The notes: generated by a model from the sequence alone, not told the origin. DNA of 64,000 nucleotides from Octopus sinensis (GCF_006345805.1 NC_043010.1:29512001-29576000), one strand, 5' to 3'; positions 39,428 through 53,035 are shown, counted from the stretch's first letter. Made by a program: numbers and translations.

Positions 39428-39461
39428 TTTTACGTTTCGAGCCTACGCTCTTCAACAGAAA
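39428..39461 (-). ncRNA. Variant minimal hammerhead motif (CUGUUGA core)
   Basis: TTT-CTGTTGA-A-GAGC(GTAG)GCTC-GAAACGT-A-AAA. Same scaffold as 22942-22976 but with A6 replaced by U. Confidence 0.45.
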
Positions 39462-40328
39462 GTAATAAGAGAAAATAAACAAAGAGAGAATGAAAAAAAT
39501 TTGTAGATTTCAGCGGTCATATTAGGGCCAATATACTGAGTTTGAAAATGTTGATCAAATGAAGTCTCCAAGCGATTAGCGGACAAAAACTTCCTACAAG
39601 GGTGTTAAAAATATAAACAAGAAGGCACAGAAGATAACTCCAGTCAGATCACTTGGTTGAAATTTAACCATGTAGATGATGCGGATTGATGTGGATTTGC
39701 TGGTGAAAGCCAGTTGTTCAAAGCCATGTCCATGTTCTGGTTTTATAAGCCCTCCTCAGTGAAAAATGTTATTCAGTTGAGACAGAGAGAAAGAGACAGA
39801 CTATAATGACGCTGACCATTTTCCGTACTAAATATAAATCCGATAATGTCTTACATATATATTATAGTGAGTTGAAAATCTGATCGCGCTTATCCCCGTT
39901 TATTGTTCTTTCCAAAATGCTCAAACAACCATAAATGGGTTTTTCACCTTTTAATTTCTAGGCTACTCTCAGTTTTTTCTCCCTCTTCAGAACATATGCG
40001 GTTTTCAATCGTATTTATATTTATATCTGTAAAAGTATAACTTAGAACAGCCTTCATGGGAACATCTTGCTCGTGATAGTTCACTGTGGCCTATAGCCAA
40101 GTACTCTGGAATACAGCACTCGGAATCAGAACTGATTAGAGAACTAAAGAGAGGAGAGCAACACGGAAAGCAAAAGTCTCACCGGGTTCTAATTCTACTA
40201 TTACATGGTCCTACTGAGACTGTGGATTTTATGCAAATATTAGCCTAATATGCCGCGTCAGGAACCACAGATTGTAAAGCTGCTAATCTGGTTATCACAG
40301 AAGACATGAAAGATGAGATATACACACA

Positions 40329-40516
40329 CGAGGAACTGCTGAAAAATTCCTGGCTTTGGGTAACAGAAAATACAGGAGGATCAGTCAATTATGATTTTAT
40401 TCAACATATTCCCTCTTATACTCACATACTTATTGCAGTGGTTCTTCAGTTTTTCTAAGCCCTGTAAAAGACTTCCAAAGGGTTGCCTCCAACCAGGCCT
40501 TTAAAGCTCCCCTTGT
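40329..40516. mobile_element. Short mariner-derived MITE
   Basis: CGAGG..ctgctgaaaaattcctggc terminus; homologous to 12160-12380. Confidence 0.6.
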
Positions 40517-40527
40517 ATGTACGTAAG

Positions 40528-40558
<31 letters not shown>

Positions 40559-40564
<6 letters not shown>

Positions 40565-40982
40565 ATAAATAAGGGTATCTGAGAGATACCACCATGCCGA
40601 AATAGCAGTCAAGACCCTGACTCCAAAAACCACCTAAGATGTTGTGAGGTGGTTGGCGGGCAATTTGGACTGGTCTTGTATATACGTGCATATATATGTA
40701 TGTAAGGACGTTCGTATATCTGGGTATAACGTGTGTTCTGTATATATATTTGTATTTATGTACCTATCTGGCATATTCAACTGACGAAGGCAGAGCTTAT
40801 TGGAAGCAAATCCAGAAATCCAGGATCTTGAATTATCCAGTAAATTCTTTTTTGCTAGTTTATTTTGTCTCTGTCTTATCTCATGGCGTGATATAAACAT
40901 ATAAGGTGGTTTTTGGAGTCGGGGTCTTGACTGCTATTTCGGCATGGTGGTATCTCTCAGATACCCTTATTTATTGTTTTTA
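40559..40982. mobile_element. Element with ~80-bp near-perfect TIRs
   Basis: aaaacaataaataagggtatctgagagataccaccatgccgaaatagcagtcaagaccc.gactccaaaaaccacc is mirrored at 40903-40982. Confidence 0.8.
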
Positions 40983-41070
40983 ATAATTATTACCTTTGTA
41001 TGGTATTTATTCCCATGCTGGCCACTTGATAAGATCGATATTTAAATATCGATATTATCCTTATTTATAA

Positions 41071-41103
<33 letters not shown>

Positions 41104-41672
41104 ATTATTATATATATATATTATATATATATATATATAATACAAAATGGGACAAGAACGCAAAACATCCAGACAAAACATTCGAAGTTTTCCTTTATCA
41201 ATCAAGTACCAGATTATCTTCGCAATTTCGGCTGATTATATTTCAGATTGCTCCAATCTGGCCAGCCCCAAGGAAAAACTAAGAGTATTAGATTCCTTGG
41301 AAGAAAGCAGCGAATGTATACAAAAACAAAGACGCAAAAAAACGGACAATGTTACACAAATATAATAAAAATAATAACAGGACATAACAACAGGTGTCTT
41401 TCGACTAAGTACGAATTAAATTAAGCTCGTGTGTGTGAAAATGAAGGCTTACGGCAGGGATACAAGATTTCACAAACATAGGGAGGAATATCGATGTTGC
41501 ACGGACAACGGCCAGACCAAGAAAGAAAAAATAGGCCTGGCCGAACGCCGGTCACGTGGGAAGAGAAGAGAGAGAAGTAGAAGCAGAAAGGCAGAAGAAT
41601 TAAGGAGGGGCGAGAAAAATGACAGGGGCACAGTGAAGTGAAAAGTGGAGGAAATATATATTTATATATATA

Positions 41673-42278
<606 letters not shown>

Positions 42279-42381
42279 ATACTATACATGTATATGTATG
42301 TATGTATGTAGTATGTATGTATGTATAATGCGTGATATTCTGTGTATGTGCGTGTGCGCATCATTATTAAAACATACTTAC

Positions 42382-43089
42382 AAGAGTTAGTCAAACATGT
42401 ACACATACATCCGTTTATCATTTTTATTGTCTCTACAGTAGTGAAACTTGTATATGTAGTTTCTGGGGTCGCTCCTATTGATGATGGAGATGCTGGAAAT
42501 GATGATAGGAATGTTATTTGGGATGCTGATGATGACGCTGATGCTAATGAATTATGTTGTATTGATGATGGTGTTGACGATGATGTCGTTGATTGAAATA
42601 TTTGTGATGTACTTTCTGTTGTAGTTGTCGATGATATTATTGGTCCTGACTCAATTGTCTGCATTGTTGTTGATGTTGTTGACTCAATTGCTGACACAGT
42701 CGTTGACCCAGTTGTTGATTCAGTCGTTGACTCAGTTGTCGATTCAGTCGTTGATTCAGTCGTTGACCCAGTTGTTGATTCAGTCGTTGACTCAGTTGTC
42801 GATTCAGTCGTTGATTCAGTCGTTGACTCAGTTGTTGATTCAGTCGTTGACTCAGTCGTTGATTCAGTCGTTGACTCAGTTGTTGATTCAGTCGTTGATT
42901 CAGTCGTTGACTCAGTCGTTGACTCAGTTGTTGACTCAGTTGTTGATTCAGTCGTTGACTCAGTTGTTGACTCAGTTGTTGATTCAGTCGTTGACTCAGT
43001 TGTTGACTCAGTTGTTGGTGTCGTTGGTGTCGTTGGCGTTGTTGGTGTCGTTGGCGTTGTTGGTGTTGTCGATGTCGCTGACATCGTTG
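42382..43089 (-). CDS. Coding exon 3: Thr/Ser/Glu-rich mucin stalk (PTT and TTES repeats) ending in CMCTC
   Basis: Acceptor cttctttttccttttccag| and donor T|gtaagtatg. The 708-nt phase 1-1 exon is open throughout and lies within track ORF 42095..43084. Confidence 0.9.
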
Positions 43090-43781
43090 CTGGAAAAGGA
43101 AAAAGAAGGGAAGTTATTTCTCCCTATGCTATAAAAGAGATCTATGTTGGCATGACATCTTTTACAGTATAGGGTGATGAATTACGATCACTACTATTCC
43201 TTGAACACACACCCTTAACTATACACACGCGAAACAATGAATATATAATATATTTGCAAACAACTTTAGAATACAATGTTTAATGGTCATTTTATACCCA
43301 GTCTCTTTTCACAGTGAAACTAATAACATAATTATTAAACATTTGATTGTCACTTTATATACAAATTTAATATCACATAAGTTTGAAGTGTGTGTGCGTA
43401 TGTGTGTATGTGGGCACGCGCAAATCAGGAGGGTGGAGAGTTGAATTTTTTATTTATAACTTTACATGTTTCCATGACAGTTACTCCATGATTACCTCAG
43501 GTTCATATTAGGCCATCTTCCCGTTGATGTCAGTTCATCAGAAGTTTCATGTAAAAGGAATAATTATGATTTTGTAATAGAAACTTTATCTTTGAAAGAG
43601 AGGTATAACAGTAAAATTTCAGATGCACAATCTCAGTCTCAGTTTGAAGAGGTCAGGTACAAATGATAGTATAAAACTTAAATACATCAAATACTCTGTT
43701 CGAAAAGCATAACATGGTCAGTTAAGTAGAATCAAATGACTTTACATCATATATATAGAGACATACAATGAGATACATCTG

Positions 43782-43827
<46 letters not shown>

Positions 43828-43843
43828 GATCGATCTATCTATC

Positions 43844-43961
<118 letters not shown>

Positions 43962-43962
43962 A

Positions 43963-44026
<64 letters not shown>

Positions 44027-44227
44027 CTATTTATCTATCAACATAAGTGTATGTGTGTGTGTATGTGTGTGTAATTTTTCTTTGAGCTTAAATTCTTGAG
44101 AGAGTTCAAGTCGGTTGCTAAAAAAGCAAGAAGACTTTTTGAGTCAAGGGATTTGTGGTTGAATTGGTGTGTTGGTTGAACTGTCAATGCATACAACCAA
44201 GTGTGTGCATCTATTCACATAAGAATC

Positions 44228-44610
44228 TCAGAAGGAGGATTTGGGGAATGTCCTACAAATCTTCACTGAGTCAATAATAGATAGGATTTGGAGAATCCGC
44301 GTCACTTTCTTTTGCTCATTTTCTGCGAAACTAAGTGTTTCTAGGCTTTTGTGTAAATTTGTTGGTACGTAACCTAATGCACCGATGATAATAGGTACAA
44401 ATGAGAATTCATAGTCAGAGTGTAAGAGCTGTAAGTTCCGCATTAATTCGCTATGAACGTTCTCTTTTTCCTGAACTTTTGATTATACATTCACATCCGT
44501 TAGGCAGCTGACTTCTACAACAACGCATGACTTTTGTTCCCTGCTACATAGAACAATATCAGGTCCGTTATGTTTGCAACGAATTGATGCTTTTTTTTAT
44601 TGGAGTGTTC
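44228..44610 (-). mobile_element. 3' fragment of an RLE-type LINE (R4/Dong-like)
   Basis: GPDIVL...VVEVSCP and FVPIIIGALG: PD..E endonuclease motifs. Confidence 0.75.
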
Positions 44611-46315
44611 TACAAATATTTCATTTTTTAAAGCTGTGAATACCTGCTGCTTCTGACATACCTTTGATGCATACAACAGGGCAGTCATTCCTACAGATAA
44701 TAATGTAAATAGTTTTTGCTCCCAGCTCTTTGCCTTCTAAGTTCAAATTTTGCGACAGCTAACTGGATAGTGGACTTAATCCGTCGCCAGGTTTAACACC
44801 ACTACCTGGTTACCTTCGTGACTTTAACGGAGTCTACTCTGTTGCAAACATTCGAGATTAAGTTTACGGTTAGAGAATACTTTCTTCCCTTCCTCCCACT
44901 TCTTCTAGCCACGGTGCTGTCTTTTCTCCTGGTTAAAAAATTGTGTGTGTGCGTCCCCTGAGTATGATTTTAAAATGGCACTTGGTAGTGGGGCACTGGT
45001 TCAGGAGTTCCTGGGTTCTGAAGAGTGTGGAACCACTTTTTAACCACAGCTGTTCCCAGGTCTACTCTGTCCCGGTGTAATAGCATCTACCAAGTTCCCA
45101 GGTAGAGTTAATAAGCATATGTAATGATAATCAATCTGCGCATGGAGTCGCAGAAATACTCTGGATTGGTGTCAGGGCATGCAGTCAAACTACCGGGAGT
45201 GATGAGCTCATAGCTGTGTCACAGCATCCTTCTAGTAAGGGGACACGCTGATGTAAAACCTGCGGTTTCACGTGATTACTGGTCATCTCGCTTCGGCCTG
45301 TCACTGAGTACTAACCATGGAGTTTCAAACAGTGGTATTTGTGTGGTACAAGCGTTTATCGTTTATCACTATAATCCAATGACGTACAGGTGTGTCTTTA
45401 TGGTAATCTCATTTGTTATTCCATCTACAGAAAGTATTGAAAAGTGAGAATGAGTGCTCAACACCGCATTTGAGGGATAAATATTCTTTAGTTGCGTACT
45501 AACACTACCAATTGTTTCATTTGGAAAACAATTTCCACAATCTTTAAGTGTTCCACTTAAAAATGCTGGTTATCGGCTCTATTTTGAATGAGAATGTGTG
45601 TGTGCACGCGCGTGCGTGCGTGCATGTGTGTGGGGTGCGTATGCGCGCGTGCATGCGTGTGTGTAATCCAAATTATCGAAACTCATGAATCTCAATGAAT
45701 TGTTTATTTATGTGTACTTCGAGATCCAGTATTTCAAAACAGAATTATTTCACGTTCTCTCAAAAGTTTTTAAAATTCTTACGGCGTCAATAAAATGTTT
45801 TAGTCTCGCCATCAGGAGGGAAGGGCCCACCGCACTTTACATGGCTTCCGAAACAACAGAGAGGAAAGAATGGAGGAAAGAATGTTTGCAAGAGCGTTGA
45901 ATCCGTTAAATGCAGCCGTGTGTTAGATGACAGATTTAAATATACTATATATGTATACCACAGCAGGATTTGAAATCGGAACTCAAAGAGTCGGAACATC
46001 TATCGCAAAGTATTATGACTCAGTAGCATGTACCATGCTTTCGCTAACCTTGGCACCATCCCACCTCCCTAGAATGGTACTTAATTTCTCGACCTGTAAA
46101 TGGGCATATTTGGAAGGGATACCTCTTCCCACCTCATTATAATAGTGAAACGAGAAGCTGTGTCAACATTGAATAGAATGCGTCACAACATTTGTTGGGA
46201 CTCTCTCGCTCTAAATTCAGATCCCACAGAGGTCAACTTTGTCTTTATATTGGATGAAAATTTGAAAACTTTGTTGTTTTAACAATTGTCGAGTTAGGAA
46301 TGGATTGACACTTAC

Positions 46316-46399
46316 CTCTAGAAATACATATTGATATCAATAGTATTTGAAATAATGTTTCCTTGGCAAAGATCTGTCGAAATACATCAGCTATTTTTA
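46316..46399 (-). CDS. Coding exon 2 (signal-peptide exon) of the mucin-like membrane protein
   Basis: Acceptor ttctttattcttctttctatag| and donor AG|gtaagt. The 84-nt phase 1-1 exon encodes KIADVFRQIFAKETLFQILLISICISR, with a hydrophobic h-region followed by small residues. Confidence 0.75.
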
Positions 46400-46722
46400 C
46401 TATAGAAAGAAGAATAAAGAATATTAGAAAGATGATGACGATGATAATGATGATCATGCTGATGATAATTGTGATGATGGTGGTGATATAGGGAATCCAG
46501 TGTTAATGTACATATGTTGTGGCTGTATATATAGGAGACCTAGTGCATTGTGTCTGTCCCTTACATTTGTGTACACACATACACACACATACACGCACAC
46601 ATGTACACACACATACACAAACATTCATACACACATACACACAACGTAAAAATTTGTCATTCGGCTCGCAGCGAATGCACAAAACTGTGTTTTTTGTGTC
46701 GTCTTCTAAATGTTTCACGTTC

Positions 46723-48335
46723 TTGTCCCAGTTTGTATATTTTTTTACTTTTACATATATACATGGCGGCTACGTACCCACTTTTTGACCCTATACGTAA
46801 GTATATTACTCTCTAACATTGGTACGACTATACTACACTGTCTCTTCCCCACCCTCTCCTACATTTCTCTGCCTTCACCCTTTGCACTCCCCTTAATCTG
46901 TCTCTTTCCCTCTCTTTCTTCTCCTCCCTTGTTCCCCTTCTTTCTTTCTCTCTTCCTCCGTCCCCCCTCTCCCACATTTCTCTGCCTCTCACACCTTACA
47001 CCCCACTTGACCTGTCTCTTTCCCTCTCCTCCCTTGTTCCCCTTCTTTCTCTCTTCATCTGTCCCTTTCTCCTCTCTTTTGTGCTCACGTGACCAGCCAG
47101 CGACTACTACCTTTTCGCATCCAGCAGTCATTGTGGCAACACATATTTGTTTGTTCTCCGTGGCCTTAATGCACTTTTCCATAGCCAGTCCTAAACTTAA
47201 CTCGTCCTGTCGAGAAGACGCTTGTCCTGACGTCCTGGTTTTGTTATTATTGTTTTTACGTATTTTGTATTCTTATTCGTGCTATCATTATCGTTTTTAC
47301 GTATTTTGGTATTTTTATTCGTGTAACATCGTCCGGCTTCCGTCCTGTGTTGTATACATTCGAGGCTTCTTCCAAGGAATCTAATGCGCTTGGCTTAGAT
47401 TTCCCTTGGGGGCTGCCCAGATCGGAGCAATCTCAAGATTAATCAGCCGAAATTGCGAAGATGATCCGGTTCTTGACTGATGATTGAGGGCTTCGAATGT
47501 CCCGTCCGTGTTTTTGTCCCAGTTTGTATATTTTTTTACTTTTACATATATACATGGCGGCTACGTACCCACTTTTTGACCCTATACGTAAGTATATTAC
47601 TCTCTAACATTGGTACGACTATACTACACGTCTCTTCCCCACCCTCTCCTACATTTCTCTGCCTTCACCCTTTGCACTCCCCTTAATCTGTCTCTTTCCC
47701 TCTCTTTCTTCTCCTCCCTTGTTCCCCTTCTTTCTTTCTCTCTTCCTCCGTCCCCCCTCTCCCACATTTCTCTGCCTCTCACACCTTACACCCCACTTGA
47801 CCTGTCTCTTTCCCTCTCCTCCCTTGTTCCCCTTCTTTCTCTCTTCATCTGTCCCTTTCTCCTCTCTTTTGTGCTCACGTGACCAGCCAGCGACTACTAC
47901 CTTTTCGCATCCAGCAGTCATTGTGGCAACACATATTTGTTTGTTCTCCGTGGCCTTAATGCACTTTTCCATAGCCAGTCCTAAACTTAACTCGTCCTGT
48001 CGAGAAGACGCTTGTCCTGACGTCCTGGTTTTGTTATTATTGTTTTTACGTATTTTGTATTCTTATTCGTGCTATCATTATCGTTTTTACGTATTTTGGT
48101 ATTTTTATTCGTGTAACATCGTCCGGCTTCCGTCCTGTGTTGTATACATTCGAGGCTTTCTTCCAAGGAATCTAATGCGCTTGGCTTAGATTTCCCTTGG
48201 GGGCTGCCCAGATCGGAGCAATCTCAAGATTAATCAGCCGAAATTGCGAAGATGATCCGGTTCTTGACTGATGATTGAGGGCTTCGAATGTCCCGTCCGT
48301 GTTTTTGTCCCAGTTTTGTATTTTTTTACTTTTAC

Positions 48336-48340
<5 letters not shown>
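46723..48340 (+). repeat. Two near-identical 791-bp units plus the start of a third, head to tail
   Basis: Unit starts at 46723, 47514 and 48305. Track ORFs 46859..47182 and 47649..47972 are identical. Confidence 0.92.
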
Positions 48341-48404
<64 letters not shown>

Positions 48405-48769
48405 GTAAAAATGAAAAATCAACGAAAATGCATATTGTAGATATAAAAAGGCTATTTATGACAGGTAGTGACAAATATATACATTAGAGTATTACTAGTC
48501 AAAAAGGTCATTATTATTGATGATTATAAGAAGTTAATAATAATAAGGTAAGAGACTGAAACGAACCAATTGGTTTTCGCGTTAGCTATTCATCGTTTGA
48601 ACAACACCGGTTAGTAAACGGTGTCATGTCTAATAGCTCCTGAGAAAAGAGATTATTTGTAAGGGAGGTAAGTAGTTCTGGATTATATGTATAAGGGAGG
48701 TAAGTAGTTCAGGAATTAGAAATGTGAGTGATGTAGAAAGTGTATAGGGTTTACTGGTTTAAATTGAAG

Positions 48770-49070
48770 AGTTAGTGGTGTTCTGTATTGAGTTGTGTGT
48801 TCACATTCAGTTGGGGGAGAAATTTGTTGATGAAAAATGACTCTTTATTCAACCTTTGTTGCATTGTGGTGTTCTGTGAGTATTGATAAAAGGGAAATAT
48901 TTGTAAATTGGGATTAAGATTCCTGGCACATCTTTCTATGTGTTCACTCACCATTAACTGTCTGTATTGTGGGTGGCGGATTTGCTCTCTGTGAATGGTG
49001 ATTCTTTGACGGAGAGAAATTCCTGTTCGTCCAATATAGAGTTTACCGCATCCTATGCATGTCATGACAT
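48770..49070 (-). mobile_element. Penelope GIY-YIG C-terminal fragment
   Basis: CIGCGKLYIGRTG..LRQRITIHREQIRHPQY...IFPFY...KESFFINKFLPQLN. Confidence 0.9.
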
Positions 49071-49231
49071 AGATTACATTTGCCGAGGCGCAGTAAAGAA
49101 ATAAGAATATGTACTAGGCTTTAAAAAAAGACCCGGAGTCGATTTGTTCGGCTAAAACCCTTCGAGGTAGTGCCCCTGAATTGCTGCAGTCAAATGACTG
49201 AAACAAGTAAACGATAAAAAACGATACATAC

Positions 49232-49301
<70 letters not shown>

Positions 49302-49399
49302 TACATATACACTCACACACACACACATATTACCTTCCCAAACTGCAAAGAAAATTACCTTGGCGAAACAAATAATTCCCTCTGCCAACGGGCAAGAAT

Positions 49400-49572
49400 C
49401 CACAGGCAACATATCCGACAAGAGGAATTACGCAAGATTCCATTAAGCAAGCATCTGGAAATATGCAGCGACGGAAAATTCAAAATTTTTCCTTTTTACA
49501 AATGTGCACGGGACGATCCGCAATACCAAAAAGCAAACAATTTCATTGAAAAATTCTCTCCAAAATTGAATG
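49400..49572 (+). mobile_element. Penelope GIY-YIG C-terminal fragment
   Basis: QHIRQEELRKIPLSKHLEIC...FKIFPFY...FIEKFSPKLN. Confidence 0.75.
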
Positions 49573-50302
49573 TTTGAAAGAAACGCAGAGACAGTATATT
49601 TTGTAAGAAAGAAAGAAAGAGGGAAAAAAGAAGGGAAAAGGGGAAGAGAGAAAGAAAGCAAAATGACTTTCAGTGATGACCAAACCGTACCTGCTTATTT
49701 TTGGAAGAGGTCACCATTCTTAAACCCATTCCAATACAATGGTAATGGACTAAATAAATAAATAAATAAATGAGTGATGAATAGGAAGGGGGATACCCTT
49801 TTCTCTCTCTCTCTCTCTCTCTCCCTCTTCCTATCTGTCTATCTATCTGACTATTTATCTATCTATCTATCTATCTATCAACCTATCTACCTACCTATAT
49901 TTCTATCTATCCATCTATCCATTGTCATGGAACCTCACCCAAAAAACAAAAACAATGTTCTCTTCTAAACAAAACCCCGCAAAATCATCTGTTTTATATA
50001 AATGAACATGCTGTTTGTACATTTACAAAACATTATTTGACAAGTTCGAGAAAGGAACGAAAGCGTTAATAATAATGAAGAAATATAAAGATTTTTTTCC
50101 AAAATTCTGACGACTATTTTTCTTAATATTCAATTTCTGTACATCACACCTAATACTCTATACACACACACGCGCGCGCGCGCGCGCATTATATATATTC
50201 CTCGAGGTGCAACGTGGACTGGAGCAACGTGAAATGAATTACTTTTGCGTTGCCAGAATCGTAAGATCATGAGTACAACACCCAAAACATTAAACGACGT
50301 GC

Positions 50303-50343
<41 letters not shown>

Positions 50344-50469
50344 ATACACATACACACCACACGTACATACACAAATAATTAATAGCGACAGAAATTATAT
50401 TAATACCGAAAAGTAATATTTATCCCCACAACCTTTCTACGTTTAATGGTTTGGGTGTTGTACTCATTA

Positions 50470-50770
50470 TCTTACGATTCTGGCAACGCAAAAGTAATTC
50501 ATTTCACATTGCTCCAGTCCACGTTGCACCTCGAGGAATGTGAAGACGCAGGCTGGAAAGCAGAGCAGTTTCCAATCGAAATCGGATGTAGAGGGTTTGT
50601 TGGAAACACTGTGAGGCAACTGCTGTTATCGCTAGGCCTAACTCATCGAAAAGTAAATACCACCATGACCGATATTCAAACTACAGTGGAAAAGGCTAGC
50701 CACTGGATTTAGTTAAAAAGAGACAATGAGCGATGGCTAGAAGAATATTGAGCTTTATTTGATAACCGGC
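50470..50770 (+). mobile_element. 3' end of an RLE LINE (Hero-like)
   Basis: ECEDAGWKAEQFPIEIGCRGFVG...VEKASHWI. The upstream 50439-50540 is inverted-duplicated at 50197-50297. Confidence 0.7.
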
Positions 50771-51016
50771 TGATCTAGCAAGCAGGGCCTCATATCAGTG
50801 AGGGGCGGGCCGGTGCGCATTAATGCCGTCCAGAAATAGGCTCCGAAACGGTGCACATTCTCTCCAGATAACCCACACACTTACTGGCTTCCGGTATGCG
50901 GAGGTCTCGACTGGTAGCACCTGCATGTGCAAGTTGTTTGCAAAATATATATATGTGTGTGTGTGCGTGTGTAAATACATAAATGTGTATATGTATGTGT
51001 GAGAGAGAGAGAGATA

Positions 51017-51135
<119 letters not shown>

Positions 51136-51279
51136 TAGATATATGTGTGTATATGTACATATACCATTTGTACCAGCAAAATTGGCGTTTGGCCATACTA
51201 ATACAAGTTTTTGTAAGAATCAATGAAATACCTCATTGTGATATTTAGCTAGAAAAAGAGCAGGCTGAAATCGTTTTGT

Positions 51280-51540
51280 GCCGCCTCACCATGTCTTCCT
51301 AAATTAGCAGTATTGAGAGGACTTCAGTAACGGTACCAACATTCATTCTCTGGCTTCCATCTTAAAAGTCCATTCAAGAACCATCAAGAGAATTGTAAAT
51401 AAGTTTGAAGAAGAGGGAATAGTGGAGAGGAAAACGGGATCAGGATGGTCATAACCGCAAAAGGGATCATCATTTCAATCTGGAGCCGAAGAGATCAATC
51501 AGAAGAGATCTATCTCAATCCATAAGACTCTTGAAGTAAA
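51280..51540 (+). mobile_element. Tc1/mariner N-terminal fragment
   Basis: SIRTIKRIVNKFEEEGIVERKTGSG, resembling the HTH-GRPR region. Confidence 0.55.
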
Positions 51541-52039
51541 ATATTTTTTCTGCTATACTATTTATTCCATACCCTTTCAAAATTTCTCCCAGGCATTACC
51601 CATTACAATTCGTCTTGGTCTAACGGCCCTAAATGTCTGTCTTCGTCGATTGTTTACTTCCGTACGTCTGTTCTGTTGTTGTTTGTCCGTTCAAAAGTCT
51701 AACATTCCACAAATTTTATATTTTTTTAATTTCTGGATGCTGCTGTCTTGTGAAGTTTTCCTGTCTTGTCGTTAAAAGCATGAAACATGGAGTAATGTTA
51801 CAGTCGACAACTGAAGAGTGTTTAGACTTCTTTGGGCATTTTGTCTCGTACTTATCTCTCGTTGTGTGTTTACATATTTTCTCGCATTGGTGATATCTTG
51901 TTTTTAATGTGTATTTTCATTATATATATATGATGTGCTTTGCTCAAGAACACAACACAGCGTCCGGTCTGGGAATCGAACCCACGATCTCGCAATCGTG
52001 AGTGCAACACCCTAACCACTTCCGCACGCTCGGTTGTCC

Positions 52040-52620
52040 ATTTGGTTCTGTTGCTGTTACTTCTGCCTCGTAAACAACTGTCCCCGCATTGCAGTGGCCG
52101 TTCAGTGGACAAGTTGTGTTACCCCTGCATGAGCATCCTGCCTCTGCCTCGGGTGTGGGCCTACTTACTAAAATCTTTTTTACACTAGGTGCACAGTCAA
52201 AGGATAATCTCAGGGTATGTCTATTAAATATTTTGTTGAATCTATTGGTACGGAGGAAGTGTCTATCAACTAAACAAAGAAAGATCTTACCTACTCTGGT
52301 CTTAACGTTTAAAGAGGATGGCGGCGTGAAGCACAATACTTTCCGGTGACGCTTTCTCTTGAGGGGGCTAGGGTCTGACATGTAACTAATATTATCCTTG
52401 AAGCTGCTGGGCGGCAGCATCAAAGTTCTCTTTGCTTGAAGGCAAGTCCTCCTTCAACATCCCAGAGAGACGTAACACCACAACTCTAGCCAAGCACGTC
52501 TGAGCTTTGAAAGAAATCCCCACAGAGTACAGTATAAAGTGGAAGATCCTAAAAAACGAAAACCGGACTTCAATTGCATCAGGAAGTGCAGATTATGCCT
52601 GGCTGAGAAGATTCTTTCAT
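52040..52620. mobile_element. Penelope remnants in opposite orientations
   Basis: Minus 52040-52420: RKVLCFTPPSSLNVKTRVGKIFL...FNRHTLRLSF...CSCR..CPLNGHC...VVYEA. Plus ~52500-52620: KWKIL...KCRLCLAEK. Confidence 0.8.
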
Positions 52621-53035
52621 AGGGTTCATAGTATGTGATTATGCTTCCTACATCACTGGAGCTTCTTATATTTGTATCCTCATGGTAGCTTTTCTACAGA
52701 TTTTATACCATAATATTCTAGCCGCATCACACCTCTTAAGAAAGTCATTCTCTAATGACATCTGGGGACTGCTGCTTATGGTTATTTATGTCTCTGTTAC
52801 TTTGAAGCTTTCTGATAATCGTACATGACTGATAGTCTTTTTTTCAGATGGCTTGTTGTGCAACTTTTCTGGTTGTATATCTCTGGTCGTCAAGCAGGGA
52901 ATACTTTCAGAGAAGTACCTTACCAACCCTTATCATGTTATCTACTTAATGAAGACAACATCAAGAGAGTTTGATCTGCAGACTTAATCCATAGCTGAAC
53001 TTCGTGACTTGGTAAGTAAATGCCGAACTGGTCGA

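Noticed and set aside
42625-43134. Plus-strand LTQLLIQS-repeat ORF resembling a leucine zipper
   Set aside because: It is the antisense shadow of the mucin repeat exon and has no supporting splice structure.
44662-44690. 29-nt candidate micro-exon (tag|...AAG|gtatgt) in intron 2
   Set aside because: Its length is not a multiple of 3, so it would frameshift the phase-1 chain.
46400-46457. ATG at 46457 giving MIIIIIVIIFLIFFILLSIV as a signal peptide
   Set aside because: It derives from an (ATC)n microsatellite and the polypyrimidine tract. A strong acceptor at 46400 and a phase-matched upstream ATG exon explain the gene better, though this start is not formally excluded.
46859-47972. Duplicated 107-aa Lys/Glu/Gly-rich ORFs
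   Set aside because: They arise from the CT-rich interior of the 791-bp tandem repeat; low complexity with no coding signature.
51772-51830. Possible type II hammerhead (GAAACAT..ATGT...CTGAAGA); related motif at ~21165-21215
   Set aside because: Stems II and III can be drawn, but stem I does not pair next to the core.
52848-53011. Plus-strand pseudo-exon with a good acceptor and donor
   Set aside because: Stops in all three frames and no partner exons found.
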